Source of the DNA: a virus
Taxonomy: Duplodnaviria > Heunggongvirae > Uroviricota > Caudoviricetes
Strand: one strand, 5' to 3'
DNA length: 64,000 bases
IMG/VR virus record: IMGVR_UViG_3300031418_000001
The notes under the pieces were generated by a model. It saw only the letters and a program-made list of their open reading frames with translations, was not told the DNA's origin and ran no database searches. The position numbers and the translations under genes were made by a program. How positions within the stretch are numbered: the first letter of the stretch is position 1; every line of letters starts with the position of its first letter. Shown piece after piece: positions 46,896 through 56,927 of the stretch.

Positions 46896-47465
46896 ATGAA
46901 ATTTGAAGAACTGAACGAAGAACAGCAAGCCAAAGCACTCGATAAACATCGTCAGATTAATGTTGACTATGATGATTGGGATGATTTTCTCCGCGAAGAT
47001 TTAAAGAATGCCGTTAAAGATTATGGCTTTAACGATATTACTATCTACGCTGATACTTCTTTCTGTCAGGGTTCTGGTGCATGTTTCACCTGTGATCCGA
47101 TTGATATTGAAAAGTACTTACGTAAATCTAAGCAGTACACTAAGTACCGCAAGTTACATCAATTGATTAAAGATGGTGATTGTACTGGTAAAATTGAACG
47201 TACTTCTATCATGTACAATCATTCAAATACTATTGATTCTAATCTGATAGTATCATATAATATTGATATTACAGCAGAGCAGGATCGTTTAGTTGGCGAA
47301 CTGCAACAAGATATTATTGATTATGTTCGCCGCGAGTGTGACGAATGGCATAAAGTACTTGAAAATAATTATCTGAATATGACAAGCGATGAACAAGTTA
47401 AAGAAACAATCATTGCTAATGATTTGGATTTTGAAATTAAAGATCCAGTAGTAAGTTATTTGTAA
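46896..47465 (+). CDS. conserved hypothetical protein
   Basis: FEEL.E..Q.KA and QGSGACF motifs; GGGGAT RBS. Confidence 0.75.
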   Translation: MKFEELNEEQQAKALDKHRQINVDYDDWDDFLREDLKNAVKDYGFNDITIYADTSFCQGSGACFTCDPIDIEKYLRKSKQYTKYRKLHQLIKDGDCTGKIERTSIMYNHSNTIDSNLIVSYNIDITAEQDRLVGELQQDIIDYVRRECDEWHKVLENNYLNMTSDEQVKETIIANDLDFEIKDPVVSYL

Positions 47466-47641
47466 AAGTACTTGACAGGGGATAGCAATATCCCCTATAA
47501 TTTTATCAGACCCCGAGGGGCGGGAAGGGGTAGGTATAAGTGTAAATGATTCTCATTTACATTTAGATAATTAAGTACTGAAAAGTCCTTGCATTTATTG
47601 TATCAGTATTATAGAATGTACTTATTGAAACAGGGGGATAT

Positions 47642-48013
47642 ATGAATCTTACACCATCACAAATTAGCCACACTTTACACGAAATGGCTGGTAAAACTAT
47701 TAAAGATATGCCAGTGGTTCGTTTTCTACCTGAGTACGATCCCTTTAATCCTGATGCTGGTCGCACGTATGACTACCACAAGATCACTTCTGACCTGGTA
47801 GGAAAGCAGGTTAGCATTGAGATTTATAGTGTATGCCGCGATGCTGATAACGTTCTGCGTGGCTGCTATCGTCAGATTAGCGGAGTAATTAAAGAGCTTA
47901 TTCCGTGTGGTAATAGTAGTGTTATCTTTATCGTATTTGAAAACGGTAAAGTACTTGATCCCTATAGCCTTACTGACATTAAAATTGAAGTCCTGGAGGC
48001 GTCTTATGTCTGA
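47642..48013 (+). CDS. early-region hypothetical protein
   Basis: GGGGGAT RBS. Confidence 0.75.
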   Translation: MNLTPSQISHTLHEMAGKTIKDMPVVRFLPEYDPFNPDAGRTYDYHKITSDLVGKQVSIEIYSVCRDADNVLRGCYRQISGVIKELIPCGNSSVIFIVFENGKVLDPYSLTDIKIEVLEASYV

Positions 48014-48230
48014 TGTTACTATTTCAGGCGTTACTGTTACTGAGCTTGATAGTTGCAGTAAAGATGGTAAAGAACTGAAATTATTAAAGTATGAAAATTC
48101 ACATGGTGAAAAGTTCTATCGTGTGCAGTACCGTTTTAATAACGGTGGCAGTGGTGAATCTATGCCGGTATCATTATATTCTGATGCAAAGCGATATTAC
48201 AGTTTTGCAAAGGGAATTATTATAAGCTAA
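48006..48230 (+). CDS. hypothetical protein
   Basis: GGAGG RBS. Confidence 0.7.
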   Translation: MSDVTISGVTVTELDSCSKDGKELKLLKYENSHGEKFYRVQYRFNNGGSGESMPVSLYSDAKRYYSFAKGIIIS

Positions 48231-48378
48231 ATAGATTAAAGTACTTGACTGATATGGTTAAGTACTTTATATTTTAAGTGTCCCCGAGGGGCGGGGAATT
48301 GTAGACTTAGTTGTAAATGATTATCATTATCGTTTATAAATAGAATACAAGTTCATTATATAACATGGAAGTTTCAAA

Positions 48379-48621
48379 ATGGTTCATACAACAGACATTA
48401 ATCACCTACTTAAAATCAACCGTATCAATATAAGAGATCTGGCTAATTTTTTGTACCAGGAAGGTTTCAAGGGTGAATCTCGTTTCAGTACAGAAGATTT
48501 GCGGATCTATGTTTCGGATGATGGAAAATATATGATCACTCTGGCGGGTCGCTTAGGGAAGATTTACAGTACTCAAAATCAAAAAAAGCCATTGCATATG
48601 TTTAGCGTGGTAAAAGAATAA
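48379..48621 (+). CDS. hypothetical protein
   Basis: ORF followed by terminator hairpin. Confidence 0.65.
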   Translation: MVHTTDINHLLKINRINIRDLANFLYQEGFKGESRFSTEDLRIYVSDDGKYMITLAGRLGKIYSTQNQKKPLHMFSVVKE

Positions 48622-48751
48622 GGCACTCATGTAGTGCCTTTTTTTATTGTTATCAGTAAGTTAGTTGCATTACAATGTACTTTTAGAAAAAAGATTAGAG
48701 AAAGTGCAAAAAGTACTTGCGTATATATCAGCGAGGCGGTATTATTACCAC

Positions 48752-48945
48752 ATCGAACGGCAACGCAGAAATGCAAAGCCCGGACGGTAAAGCGGAGTAA
48801 GGTTCGCCGCATGATAAGGAAAGGGTTACTAAGGGTTCTAACGTATCCTCTGTAACAGGCGAGTAGCTAATAAAGCACCGCCAGCCTTATAAAAGGTATC
48901 GAAAAGGCTTTAATGATACCGTCCTATCTACTCCGCGAGTTCGAT
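48752..48945 (+). ncRNA. promoter-driven multi-stem structured RNA (unknown)
   Basis: TTGCGT-N17-TATTAT promoter; nested helices ATCGAAC/GTTCGAT, GCGGAGTA/TACTCCGC, ATAAGG/CCTTAT, GTTAC/GTAAC, GGTATC/GATACC. Confidence 0.65.
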
Positions 48946-49103
48946 AATGTACATTGAAGTACGAAAATCGAAAAAAGTTTTAAAAAGTACTTGCAGGATA
49001 CCTCGAAAAGTAGTAAATTACTTCTCAAGGGAAACGAAGTACAAGAAGTACAAAAACAAAATAAAACGTAATTCAACAAAACACTATACAAGAGGATTTA
49101 CCC

Positions 49104-49721
49104 ATGACTACTACTAACGCTGCTGTAAAAGAAACTAACACCAACGCCGCTGCTAACAACGCTAACAACGGTGAAGATAACAACGCTGATACCGCTAAAG
49201 GTACTCGCGTTACCCTGATCTCTGCTCTGCTGGCTAATGACTCTGAAGCGGTTGCAGGTGTACTGCTGAAACAAGGTCGCAGCCTGGACGAAATCAAAGC
49301 GTTTGCTGATACCTTCAAAAAATCAGTAGCGTCCTTTAAAACGCTGCACACTCAGCAAGAAGAACAGCGTAAGAAAGAAGAAGCCGAACGCGAAGCAATG
49401 CGTAAAGAAGAAGAAGAAGCACGTCAGAAAGCATCTTCTCTGATTGAAGCGGCGAAGAAAGAAGCGATTAACAAAATGGTCAAAGACCTGGAAGAACAAG
49501 GCGTATCGGCTACAATGGCTCTGTCAATCGCACAAAGTACCTTGGGCGGCTCTACCGGTACTCGCGGCAGCACTGCACCGAAACAGCGTGTTAAATGCAA
49601 ATACAACGGCGTAGAATACACTGTTGCGGTAACTGGTAACAACAAAGACGCTACTAAGAAAGCGATTGAAGAATCTGGCCTGACCCGTGAAGCCTTTATC
49701 GAACAGTACAAAGTAGCATAA
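49104..49721 (+). CDS. H-NS/StpA-like protein (divergent)
   Basis: coiled coil plus C-terminal KKAIEESGLTREAFI resembling H-NS KKAMDEQGKSLDDFLI; paralogue of 55158..55676. Confidence 0.55.
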   Translation: MTTTNAAVKETNTNAAANNANNGEDNNADTAKGTRVTLISALLANDSEAVAGVLLKQGRSLDEIKAFADTFKKSVASFKTLHTQQEEQRKKEEAEREAMRKEEEEARQKASSLIEAAKKEAINKMVKDLEEQGVSATMALSIAQSTLGGSTGTRGSTAPKQRVKCKYNGVEYTVAVTGNNKDATKKAIEESGLTREAFIEQYKVA

Positions 49722-50060
49722 GGCATCAAATATAAGGGGGCATTTAGCCCCCTTAAGAAGTTTTTACAAAGTACTAATACAGTAAGATAGTACTTTATAA
49801 AAGTTTCTCTAAAGTACCTTAGAACTCTCCTGGTTAAGCCAGTTTTTTTGTGCCTTTAAATGAGAATGATTATCATTTACATATATAGCTACAACTATCC
49901 ACCCCTTGGGGCCATGTACAGAATAGCAAAACTGCTGGTACTCTGTCAAGGAAAAGAAACAAAAGAATAAGAAACAAAAATACTACTCTAAGCACTTGCA
50001 CTATATCTGATATAGTACTATAATCATTTTCATAGTCCAGAATGAAGTACTTAACAGAAT

Positions 50061-50357
50061 ATGAAAACGCCACACACTAAAGCATACAGCTACATTGCAC
50101 GTAATACAGTTAATGGAGAAGTACGTGAAAGTACTTATATCATTGCATTGTTACCTACTGCACCAGGTATTAACCAATACATTGATCGCCTTAACACACT
50201 GGCTAACGGTGATTATCGTATCGTTGAGGAATTACCTGTTAGAACTGCAATTTTCAAGCGTGGTCTTGCTGGTGGTATGATTGCTACTGATTGGCGACTG
50301 TTAGAAGGTATGATGTTTCATTCAGTAGAAGTAGATAGAAAAGTACTTGTAAATTAG
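50061..50357 (+). CDS. hypothetical protein
   Basis: ORF after promoter. Confidence 0.6.
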   Translation: MKTPHTKAYSYIARNTVNGEVRESTYIIALLPTAPGINQYIDRLNTLANGDYRIVEELPVRTAIFKRGLAGGMIATDWRLLEGMMFHSVEVDRKVLVN

Positions 50358-50403
50358 AAATAGATCTGTATAATAGAACTATATTAACAAAGGGGGAAAG
50401 GAT

Positions 50404-50616
50404 ATGTTTAATAAGATTTCAGTACAAGCTAATGTAGGTCGCGGATCTGTTTATCTGGTATCACATGATAAAGAACCGGAGGATCTGCATAAGGCACTGA
50501 CCGAAAAATTCAATCATGAGGTTGGAACGGTTTATATCAGTTATCTTGAGTCCTGGAATGTAACAGAACTTAGTGCTGTAGCTTATGGGAAGATTGAGGG
50601 GATCATTCAACTGTAA
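50404..50616 (+). CDS. hypothetical protein
   Basis: own promoter and RBS. Confidence 0.7.
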   Translation: MFNKISVQANVGRGSVYLVSHDKEPEDLHKALTEKFNHEVGTVYISYLESWNVTELSAVAYGKIEGIIQL

Positions 50617-50692
50617 GTACTATTAAAAGTGCCTTGCAATATATTGTCGGGTACTTTATAATGTACTTATCGTAACAAAGGGGATAAATGAC

Positions 50693-51118
50693 ATGGCAAT
50701 GTCTAAACTTGAATGGGTACTTAATGGTATGAATGTTTTCCTTAGTGGAGAGTTATATAATCCCACTAACAGGGAAAATCACTCATGGCAATGTAATGCT
50801 TTCACTCGTGGTTATAACTTCGTTTATAATCTTTACCTGGAAGGGCATACTAACTATGAGAACGTTCGTGAACTATTTGAAGTGTTCACGAAAGAACCAT
50901 TAAACCAGAACGTAAAAAAACATTGCATTGCCATTCAATGTACTATACAATCTAAACCAGGTCATGAAATTACGGTTACATTACCCGTTATGACCAGGAC
51001 ACAATTTTTCTGTGCAACTGTCAATAAGGCAGTTACCGATGTAAATGAGGTTAAGCGTAAGCTAACTGAATTTATCGAATCAGAAAAGTTTAAGATTATT
51101 AATTCAAATATTGTTTGA
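50693..51118 (+). CDS. hypothetical protein
   Basis: GGGGAT RBS. Confidence 0.7.
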   Translation: MAMSKLEWVLNGMNVFLSGELYNPTNRENHSWQCNAFTRGYNFVYNLYLEGHTNYENVRELFEVFTKEPLNQNVKKHCIAIQCTIQSKPGHEITVTLPVMTRTQFFCATVNKAVTDVNEVKRKLTEFIESEKFKIINSNIV

Positions 51119-51202
51119 CTGTAGTCCAGCAATACTATATAGTTAACTATAAAAGTACTCTATTAATATTAGTAGGGTACTTATAGTTACTTAGGAGCGT
51201 TT

Positions 51203-51598
51203 ATGAAAGGTTCATTGTTTCACGTAAAAAGAGCGGATCATTCTCAATATAATACGGTACAGGATTATCTGAATGCTTTTAATGAAGGTTCAGACGTTCT
51301 TTATAAGAGTATGTTCTTTCAGGATTTAAGTACTGAAAAGAAACAAATCATTGAAGAAGCCTGGGCTAAGTATCATGAAGAGAAGCGGGAAAAACTACGC
51401 GAAATAGAAGCCTTACAACGCCAAGAAGAACGCGAAGCAGCTAAACCATATCCAAGTATTACCGAGATACTGGAACGCCTTAAAATGCATCCTGAGCTTG
51501 TACACCACTTTATTGGTTTACTTGAGCTTGATAGTACTTGCCTGGAATATCGAGATAATATAAGAAAGGCTGTTTGGTACTTTAAGAACAACAATTAA
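51203..51598 (+). CDS. hypothetical protein
   Basis: AGGAG RBS. Confidence 0.7.
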   Translation: MKGSLFHVKRADHSQYNTVQDYLNAFNEGSDVLYKSMFFQDLSTEKKQIIEEAWAKYHEEKREKLREIEALQRQEEREAAKPYPSITEILERLKMHPELVHHFIGLLELDSTCLEYRDNIRKAVWYFKNNN

Positions 51599-51919
51599 AA
51601 AAAGGGGGATAAGCATCTATATCCCCTATGTCTATGGACTGACAAAAGTTTCCTCACGTCTCGCAACGCACTGGAGCACTCACTCATAGTGCAAATCTAC
51701 AATATCCTATCTTTGTAATTTGTCAACACAAAAAATTACTTGATTATTCTCTGGTACTTTAGTATTATTGGTACTGACCCCAAGGGGCGGGATGATTTAG
51801 TACTTAATGTAAATGATTATCATTCTCATAAAATATTTTAAATTAAGTACTGAAAAGTACTTGCACTATTTCTTGATGGGTGGTATATTAATTACATCGA
51901 AACAAGGGGGATATACAAG

Positions 51920-52147
51920 ATGCTAAACAAATCCGAATTAGTGGATGAAGTTATCGTGATGCTTCATTCAGGTAATGTAGCTGGTGGCGTTGAGAAACTT
52001 CTTAAAGGATGTAAGACTAAGCCAGTTAAAGTTGCTATACTTTCGAGTATGGTAACAGAAAGTTTAATGCGTAACAATGATACGCAGACATTGCGATTCT
52101 TTGTTGAAAAACTCGAATACTACCAAAACCTTAACGTATCATTCTGA
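51920..52147 (+). CDS. hypothetical protein
   Basis: GGGGGAT RBS. Confidence 0.7.
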   Translation: MLNKSELVDEVIVMLHSGNVAGGVEKLLKGCKTKPVKVAILSSMVTESLMRNNDTQTLRFFVEKLEYYQNLNVSF

Positions 52148-52456
52148 AGGGGGATAAAATGAAAGATCGCCGCTATACAGTAAAACCTGAGTTCACTGGT
52201 CACATTTCTGGCAAAAAACGTTTTGTGATCCGCTTCCTGGATAAACGTATTACCGATCATGCCTCGCGTGATGAGGCCGAAAAAGAAGTAGCACGTTTAA
52301 AGAAAGAACGTGATATGAAACTGGCAACGGTATAACTTATTATCAAAAGTACCTTAATGATGTTAGGGTACTTTATAATAAGCTGTATAAAAATTCAGTA
52401 AAATAAATGAACAAAACAGCTTGACTCATTAGTACTTAGTACCATATAATGTTCAA

Positions 52457-52561
52457 GTCAAATCAAGTCTTCCTGTTTAAACTGTCAGTGCCGACAGTGT
52501 TTTAGGCAAAAGCGTCCTCTCCGTATCCCCCATATACAAAGACGCTTTTGCCTATTTTTTT
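52457..52561 (+). ncRNA. candidate small RNA ending in a hairpin with anti-GGGGGAT loop
   Basis: TTGACT..TATAAT promoter, no ORF, 14-bp terminator stem with 24-nt loop containing GTATCCCCCATATAC. Confidence 0.55.
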
Positions 52562-52733
52562 GTACTACTCATTATTATTACAGACAGATCTACCCGCCCC
52601 TCGGGGTCAGTACTAATATAACAAAGTACACAATTAAAAGCAAGGAAAAGAAATAATAAAAGTACTTAAAAATACCTTGCAAATGATATATCCGTTTGGT
52701 ACTATTATTACATCGAAACAAGGGGATAACGAA

Positions 52734-53174
52734 ATGGTACAAGTACTGAGGGTAGAATTAAAGTTCTCAATTCTGGATAAAGATTTCAAAAAGAGTTGGG
52801 ATAGTTGTAATGCTGGCCCATATACTGGACGTTATCGGGTTGATCATATTGGTGGTTATCCCTTTCTGAAGTTACAAACTTCAATGGAATATCAGCCTGA
52901 ACCCGAAGAAGATGGAATGTCACATATTCCATATGGTAAAGTATTTGGATTCAAGGATATAGAACAATTTACGCGGTGGTTTAGTGATGATATGGCATGG
53001 TTAGACTGGAGTGGCTTTGTCCTGGCCGTGTATGAAGTACCGGAATCATCTATAATATATGGAAGAAGTCAATTAGCTTTTTCTTTAAAAGAAGCAACGC
53101 TGGTTGAGTACTTTGATAGTTGTCGCCGTGTCTGGAAAGATCATTATCGCAGCAAAAGAAGAATTGCAGCATAA
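52734..53174 (+). CDS. conserved phage hypothetical protein
   Basis: GPY...P.P.EDG...FGF...F.RWF pattern; GGGGAT RBS. Confidence 0.75.
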   Translation: MVQVLRVELKFSILDKDFKKSWDSCNAGPYTGRYRVDHIGGYPFLKLQTSMEYQPEPEEDGMSHIPYGKVFGFKDIEQFTRWFSDDMAWLDWSGFVLAVYEVPESSIIYGRSQLAFSLKEATLVEYFDSCRRVWKDHYRSKRRIAA

Positions 53175-53528
53175 AAAACTTGACCTATAAGGCTTAGCCC
53201 ATTAATATACGTGTATCGACTTTCGATACACAAAATATGTCTCGAAAGGCATTAAACACTGTAATAGTGTTTTGTTGTTGTGCCTCAATAGATGGACGCC
53301 CCTGGTATTGTTGTTTCGAGGATTCCCCCTTGACAATGCTGGGGTTTTTTTGTATTATTTTATCTGACCCCGAGGGGTATAGTAAAGTAGCTGTAGTTGT
53401 AAATGATTATCATTCTCACTTACGCATTAAACTAAGGTACTGGATTGATATAAAAAGTATATCTTTTTGCTTGCCTTAATGGTAATACAGGCGTATACTT
53501 CAATTATCAAATCAAGAGGAATAACAAA

Positions 53529-53765
53529 ATGTCTAAGATTAAAGTACTGGATAAAGTTGTAAAGGTTTACAACGTACCGCAAAAGTTCCTGGATAAATGC
53601 TTAGAAGTAATTAAGCAGTACTTAAAAGGTGAAGTGCAAAGCAGAACTTTAGGTAATGGTAAGTTTGATGTGATTAGTGTTGGAAGGGAATACCGAATTG
53701 TTATTGATGGTGATATGTTCAGGGTGATGAATCACAATCATTATAACAAGTACATTGACCGTTAA
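53529..53765 (+). CDS. ParE/RelE-like small protein (tentative)
   Basis: ISVGREYRIV...MNHNHYNK resembles the phage/plasmid ParE-like family. Confidence 0.4.
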   Translation: MSKIKVLDKVVKVYNVPQKFLDKCLEVIKQYLKGEVQSRTLGNGKFDVISVGREYRIVIDGDMFRVMNHNHYNKYIDR

Positions 53766-53851
53766 AAATATATCAAAAAGTACTTGCTAATGATGTTCTG
53801 ATGTAATATAGTACTTCTAACGAAACAAACAAATCCTTGGGGGATTAAATT

Positions 53852-54214
53852 ATGAAAACTATCGCTTACAAATTCTTTGGTACTCGTGATCAGGCTCGTG
53901 GTGCTGCAAAAGAACTTAATGGTAAATTCGTTGACTTAGGTGCTGATGCTGCTAAGGGTGAGCGTTGGGCGGTTCAACTTTATGACGTGATTAATGTTCC
54001 TATGGCAGAAGTTGAATCCCATGAAATTAAGGGTATTCCGACTGCACACGATCTTAATAAAGAAATCGCTCTGCTGCAAGCCAGCATGAAAGCAGCACAG
54101 CCACAGTGCCAAGTTCTGGTAGTACAGAAGCCGTCTGAAACCGTTACTAACCTGAAAGGCAAGAAAGTACAGGTACATTATAAGAAGTCTGTACAGGTAC
54201 TACAGGCGGCGTAA
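53852..54214 (+). CDS. hypothetical protein
   Basis: GGGGAT RBS. Confidence 0.75.
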   Translation: MKTIAYKFFGTRDQARGAAKELNGKFVDLGADAAKGERWAVQLYDVINVPMAEVESHEIKGIPTAHDLNKEIALLQASMKAAQPQCQVLVVQKPSETVTNLKGKKVQVHYKKSVQVLQAA

Positions 54215-54276
54215 TGTCAAAAGTACTCCACTAAATAAGGATACATAATATGTTAACTAATAGTGGAGTACTTTAA

Positions 54277-54642
54277 ATGGCTTTATATTTTGATGATGAT
54301 CATCTTAACAGTGCGGATCGTAAGAAGAACGCAGACCATAAAAAATACAATGGCGGCGTTGATGGCATTGCTAAGAAGTGGGAAAAGACCCACGCTGATA
54401 AAAACAGCTACAACGGTGCTGGTGGGGCGTCAATGTCTCGTAAGCAGGGTACAGGCGACTTAGGCCGTGAACAGACCGTTCCTGGTGATGTGGTTGATAC
54501 TTCCCAAATGGAACCTGAAGAGAAATATCGTTATCTCCAGGCGTTGGGATTAATACCAGGTGCAAAGGGCCAGGTTAAATCTGATGAACCTGTACAAACA
54601 GTTAAGGTCAATCAAAACCGTCCTTTCAGACGTGGGCGTTAA
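54277..54642 (+). CDS. hypothetical protein
   Basis: GGAG RBS. Confidence 0.7.
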   Translation: MALYFDDDHLNSADRKKNADHKKYNGGVDGIAKKWEKTHADKNSYNGAGGASMSRKQGTGDLGREQTVPGDVVDTSQMEPEEKYRYLQALGLIPGAKGQVKSDEPVQTVKVNQNRPFRRGR

Positions 54643-54781
54643 TAGTACTTAACACAAATGAGTACTGTATATAATCACAGTTAAATGATTGAACGCAGCA
54701 ATATAACAAATCTATCAAAAAATGTTGTAGTACGGCTTGCGGATATATGAAGCCGTACTATAATTAAAACAGGTTGAAGAT

Positions 54782-55018
54782 ATGAAGCATTTTTTAGTTT
54801 TAGATGGCTTTGAGTTCTACATGACTGAAGGCGAGAAGCAATTAGATAATGTAGACACGATATTTAAGCGTATAGATAGTAAGAATATTCGCACTATCAT
54901 GCGGGCTGCTGATTGTACACGGACAAAGATGCGTAAGTCTCTCCGTACCAATCCAGTATTGAGTAAATTGCTAAGTAAAATCTTATTAGTTGGTTCAGGC
55001 AAACTCTCAAGTGCGTGA
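54782..55018 (+). CDS. hypothetical protein
   Basis: AGGT RBS after promoter. Confidence 0.65.
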   Translation: MKHFLVLDGFEFYMTEGEKQLDNVDTIFKRIDSKNIRTIMRAADCTRTKMRKSLRTNPVLSKLLSKILLVGSGKLSSA

Positions 55019-55157
55019 GAAATATTAACCTCTAATTAAATTGAAAAAACTTAGAAATTTACTTGCAATTAACAAAACGTTTTAGTACTATATATGCATC
55101 GACAGACAAACAGGTTTGTATTGATGCCTTAAAACTTTTAATTGTGAGGATTAAACC

Positions 55158-55676
55158 ATGAATACCACTACTAACAATAGCCGCCTTACTTTGGTTTCTG
55201 CTCTGGCAGATGGAAAGCCGTCTATCGTAGCAGAAGTATTAATTAAACAGGGCCGTACTGTAAGAGAAGTTAACGATTTTAACCGCACGTTAACCTCTGC
55301 TGTGAAAGTTGCTGAGCGTTGGTTTAAAGAAGAAGCTAAGAAACAAGCTGAAGAAGAAGAACGTCAGAAGAAAGAACGTGAAGAACGTGAAGCTATTGAA
55401 CGTGCTATTCAGCAACAGGCTCAAGCCGGTATCCAGGCTGCGAAAAACGTTTACTTACAAACGCTTATCGCTGGTGGCATGTCTGAGAAAATGGCTAACG
55501 AAATGGTAGAACGCGAGTTCAGCCATGTTTATCCCCTGGGTAAAGTTACCATTAACTACAAAGGTAAAGTTTTCGAAACCTCTGTAAAAGGTAAAGCAAG
55601 CGATGATCTCAAAGAAGTGATGAAAGCCACTGGCTGGAATCGCAAACAAATCATCGAGCATTTTGCAGTAGTGTAA
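55158..55676 (+). CDS. H-NS/StpA-like protein (divergent), paralogue of 49104..49721
   Basis: RLTLVSAL...LIKQGRT shared; YLQTLIAGGMS resembles H-NS YREMLIADGID. Confidence 0.5.
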   Translation: MNTTTNNSRLTLVSALADGKPSIVAEVLIKQGRTVREVNDFNRTLTSAVKVAERWFKEEAKKQAEEEERQKKEREEREAIERAIQQQAQAGIQAAKNVYLQTLIAGGMSEKMANEMVEREFSHVYPLGKVTINYKGKVFETSVKGKASDDLKEVMKATGWNRKQIIEHFAVV

Positions 55677-55790
55677 TTACTGTATAAATGTACATATTAA
55701 AAGGCTGCACGATTGCGGCCTTTTTATTTGGTCTGTACTTTACTTTACTTGTCAAGTACTTTATAATTACTAAGACAGGGCAGAGTTAGA

Positions 55791-56057
55791 ATGGAAACGG
55801 CCATGAAACGTAAAAAAGTTATCAGACGATATAAATGGATAGAGGTTGATAAGTCCGTGACTTTACAAGAGCAAGTACTTACACTAAAACCAGTTTCTGA
55901 GTTACAGTTTAATGACTATCTTGATGAACATGGTGATTTCTTGGAAGTCAGAAGTATTGGGTTTGTTGACCGGTACTATAATGATTACGGGGATCTCCTT
56001 GCAGTTCAAGATGGTATAGAAAAGTTTTACCTGAAAGGCGGTGTTAATGCAATATAA
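55791..56057 (+). CDS. hypothetical protein
   Basis: ORF after promoter. Confidence 0.6.
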   Translation: METAMKRKKVIRRYKWIEVDKSVTLQEQVLTLKPVSELQFNDYLDEHGDFLEVRSIGFVDRYYNDYGDLLAVQDGIEKFYLKGGVNAI

Positions 56058-56223
56058 TACATAACGGCGAAAGTACTATATTTTACTTTACTTTGGTACT
56101 ACATAAGTGCTAAGATAAAGAAACTAAACTATAGTACTTTCGCTTTTTTCATAGCGAAACAAATGAAAGATACTTTAAGTATCTAACAATATAACATTAA
56201 TACAGGTTAATGGGATCGTTGAT

Positions 56224-56637
56224 ATGAAAAAGCTAATTCTTGTACTCGCTGTAATGTCTTTTAGTACTGGTGCCGCTACAAGTACCGGCGACAAAAAACT
56301 TCCTGCGGTTGTTGCTGATAACATGTATTGCGTTGGTTACAACCAGGCAATCTATGAAACAACCGAGCCTGATACATCTATCAATAATGAATCTGAAGCA
56401 GCAATGCAGTACTTCTATAACCGAGGCTTTGAACTCGCTAAGAAGTACAAGATTGATGATGGTGAACCTGAAAGCGGCGGCGGTAAAGATTCCGAAGCAC
56501 TTAATTGGGCTTTCAGCTTAGGTTATGCAACGTACTTGCATGATAAAGAACCTATGCCTCACAAATGTATTAAGGTATATAGTGAAGCCGTTCAGCATAT
56601 GTCAGATAAAGAAGTACTACAACCGTATAATAACTAA
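56224..56637 (+). CDS. secreted/periplasmic protein
   Basis: signal peptide MKKLILVLAVMSFSTGA; two Cys. Confidence 0.75.
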   Translation: MKKLILVLAVMSFSTGAATSTGDKKLPAVVADNMYCVGYNQAIYETTEPDTSINNESEAAMQYFYNRGFELAKKYKIDDGEPESGGGKDSEALNWAFSLGYATYLHDKEPMPHKCIKVYSEAVQHMSDKEVLQPYNN

Positions 56638-56702
56638 TTAAAAGCCCTTGACAGATATATGTCAGGGGCTTTATACTTTGTATATCTTAACAAGGGGGAT
56701 AT

Positions 56703-56927
56703 ATGACAGGTGAAGAAAGTAGTTGGGATATGTTAGATCAAGCTAATGAATCATTTATGAATGATCATTGGGTTTGTCATCATGGTAATGAAGAACATGG
56801 CGATTTTGTAGAAAAAGGTCATGCATGTTCTGTTTGTAATGCAAAAGAAGAACCAGATGAAAGTATTGATCCAGGTTTCTTTTGGGAAGAACTTGCGGAA
56901 ATTGAAAAGATGAAGGAAAGAAAATGA
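56703..56927 (+). CDS. hypothetical protein
   Basis: GGGGGAT RBS; CHH..CSVC. Confidence 0.7.
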   Translation: MTGEESSWDMLDQANESFMNDHWVCHHGNEEHGDFVEKGHACSVCNAKEEPDESIDPGFFWEELAEIEKMKERK

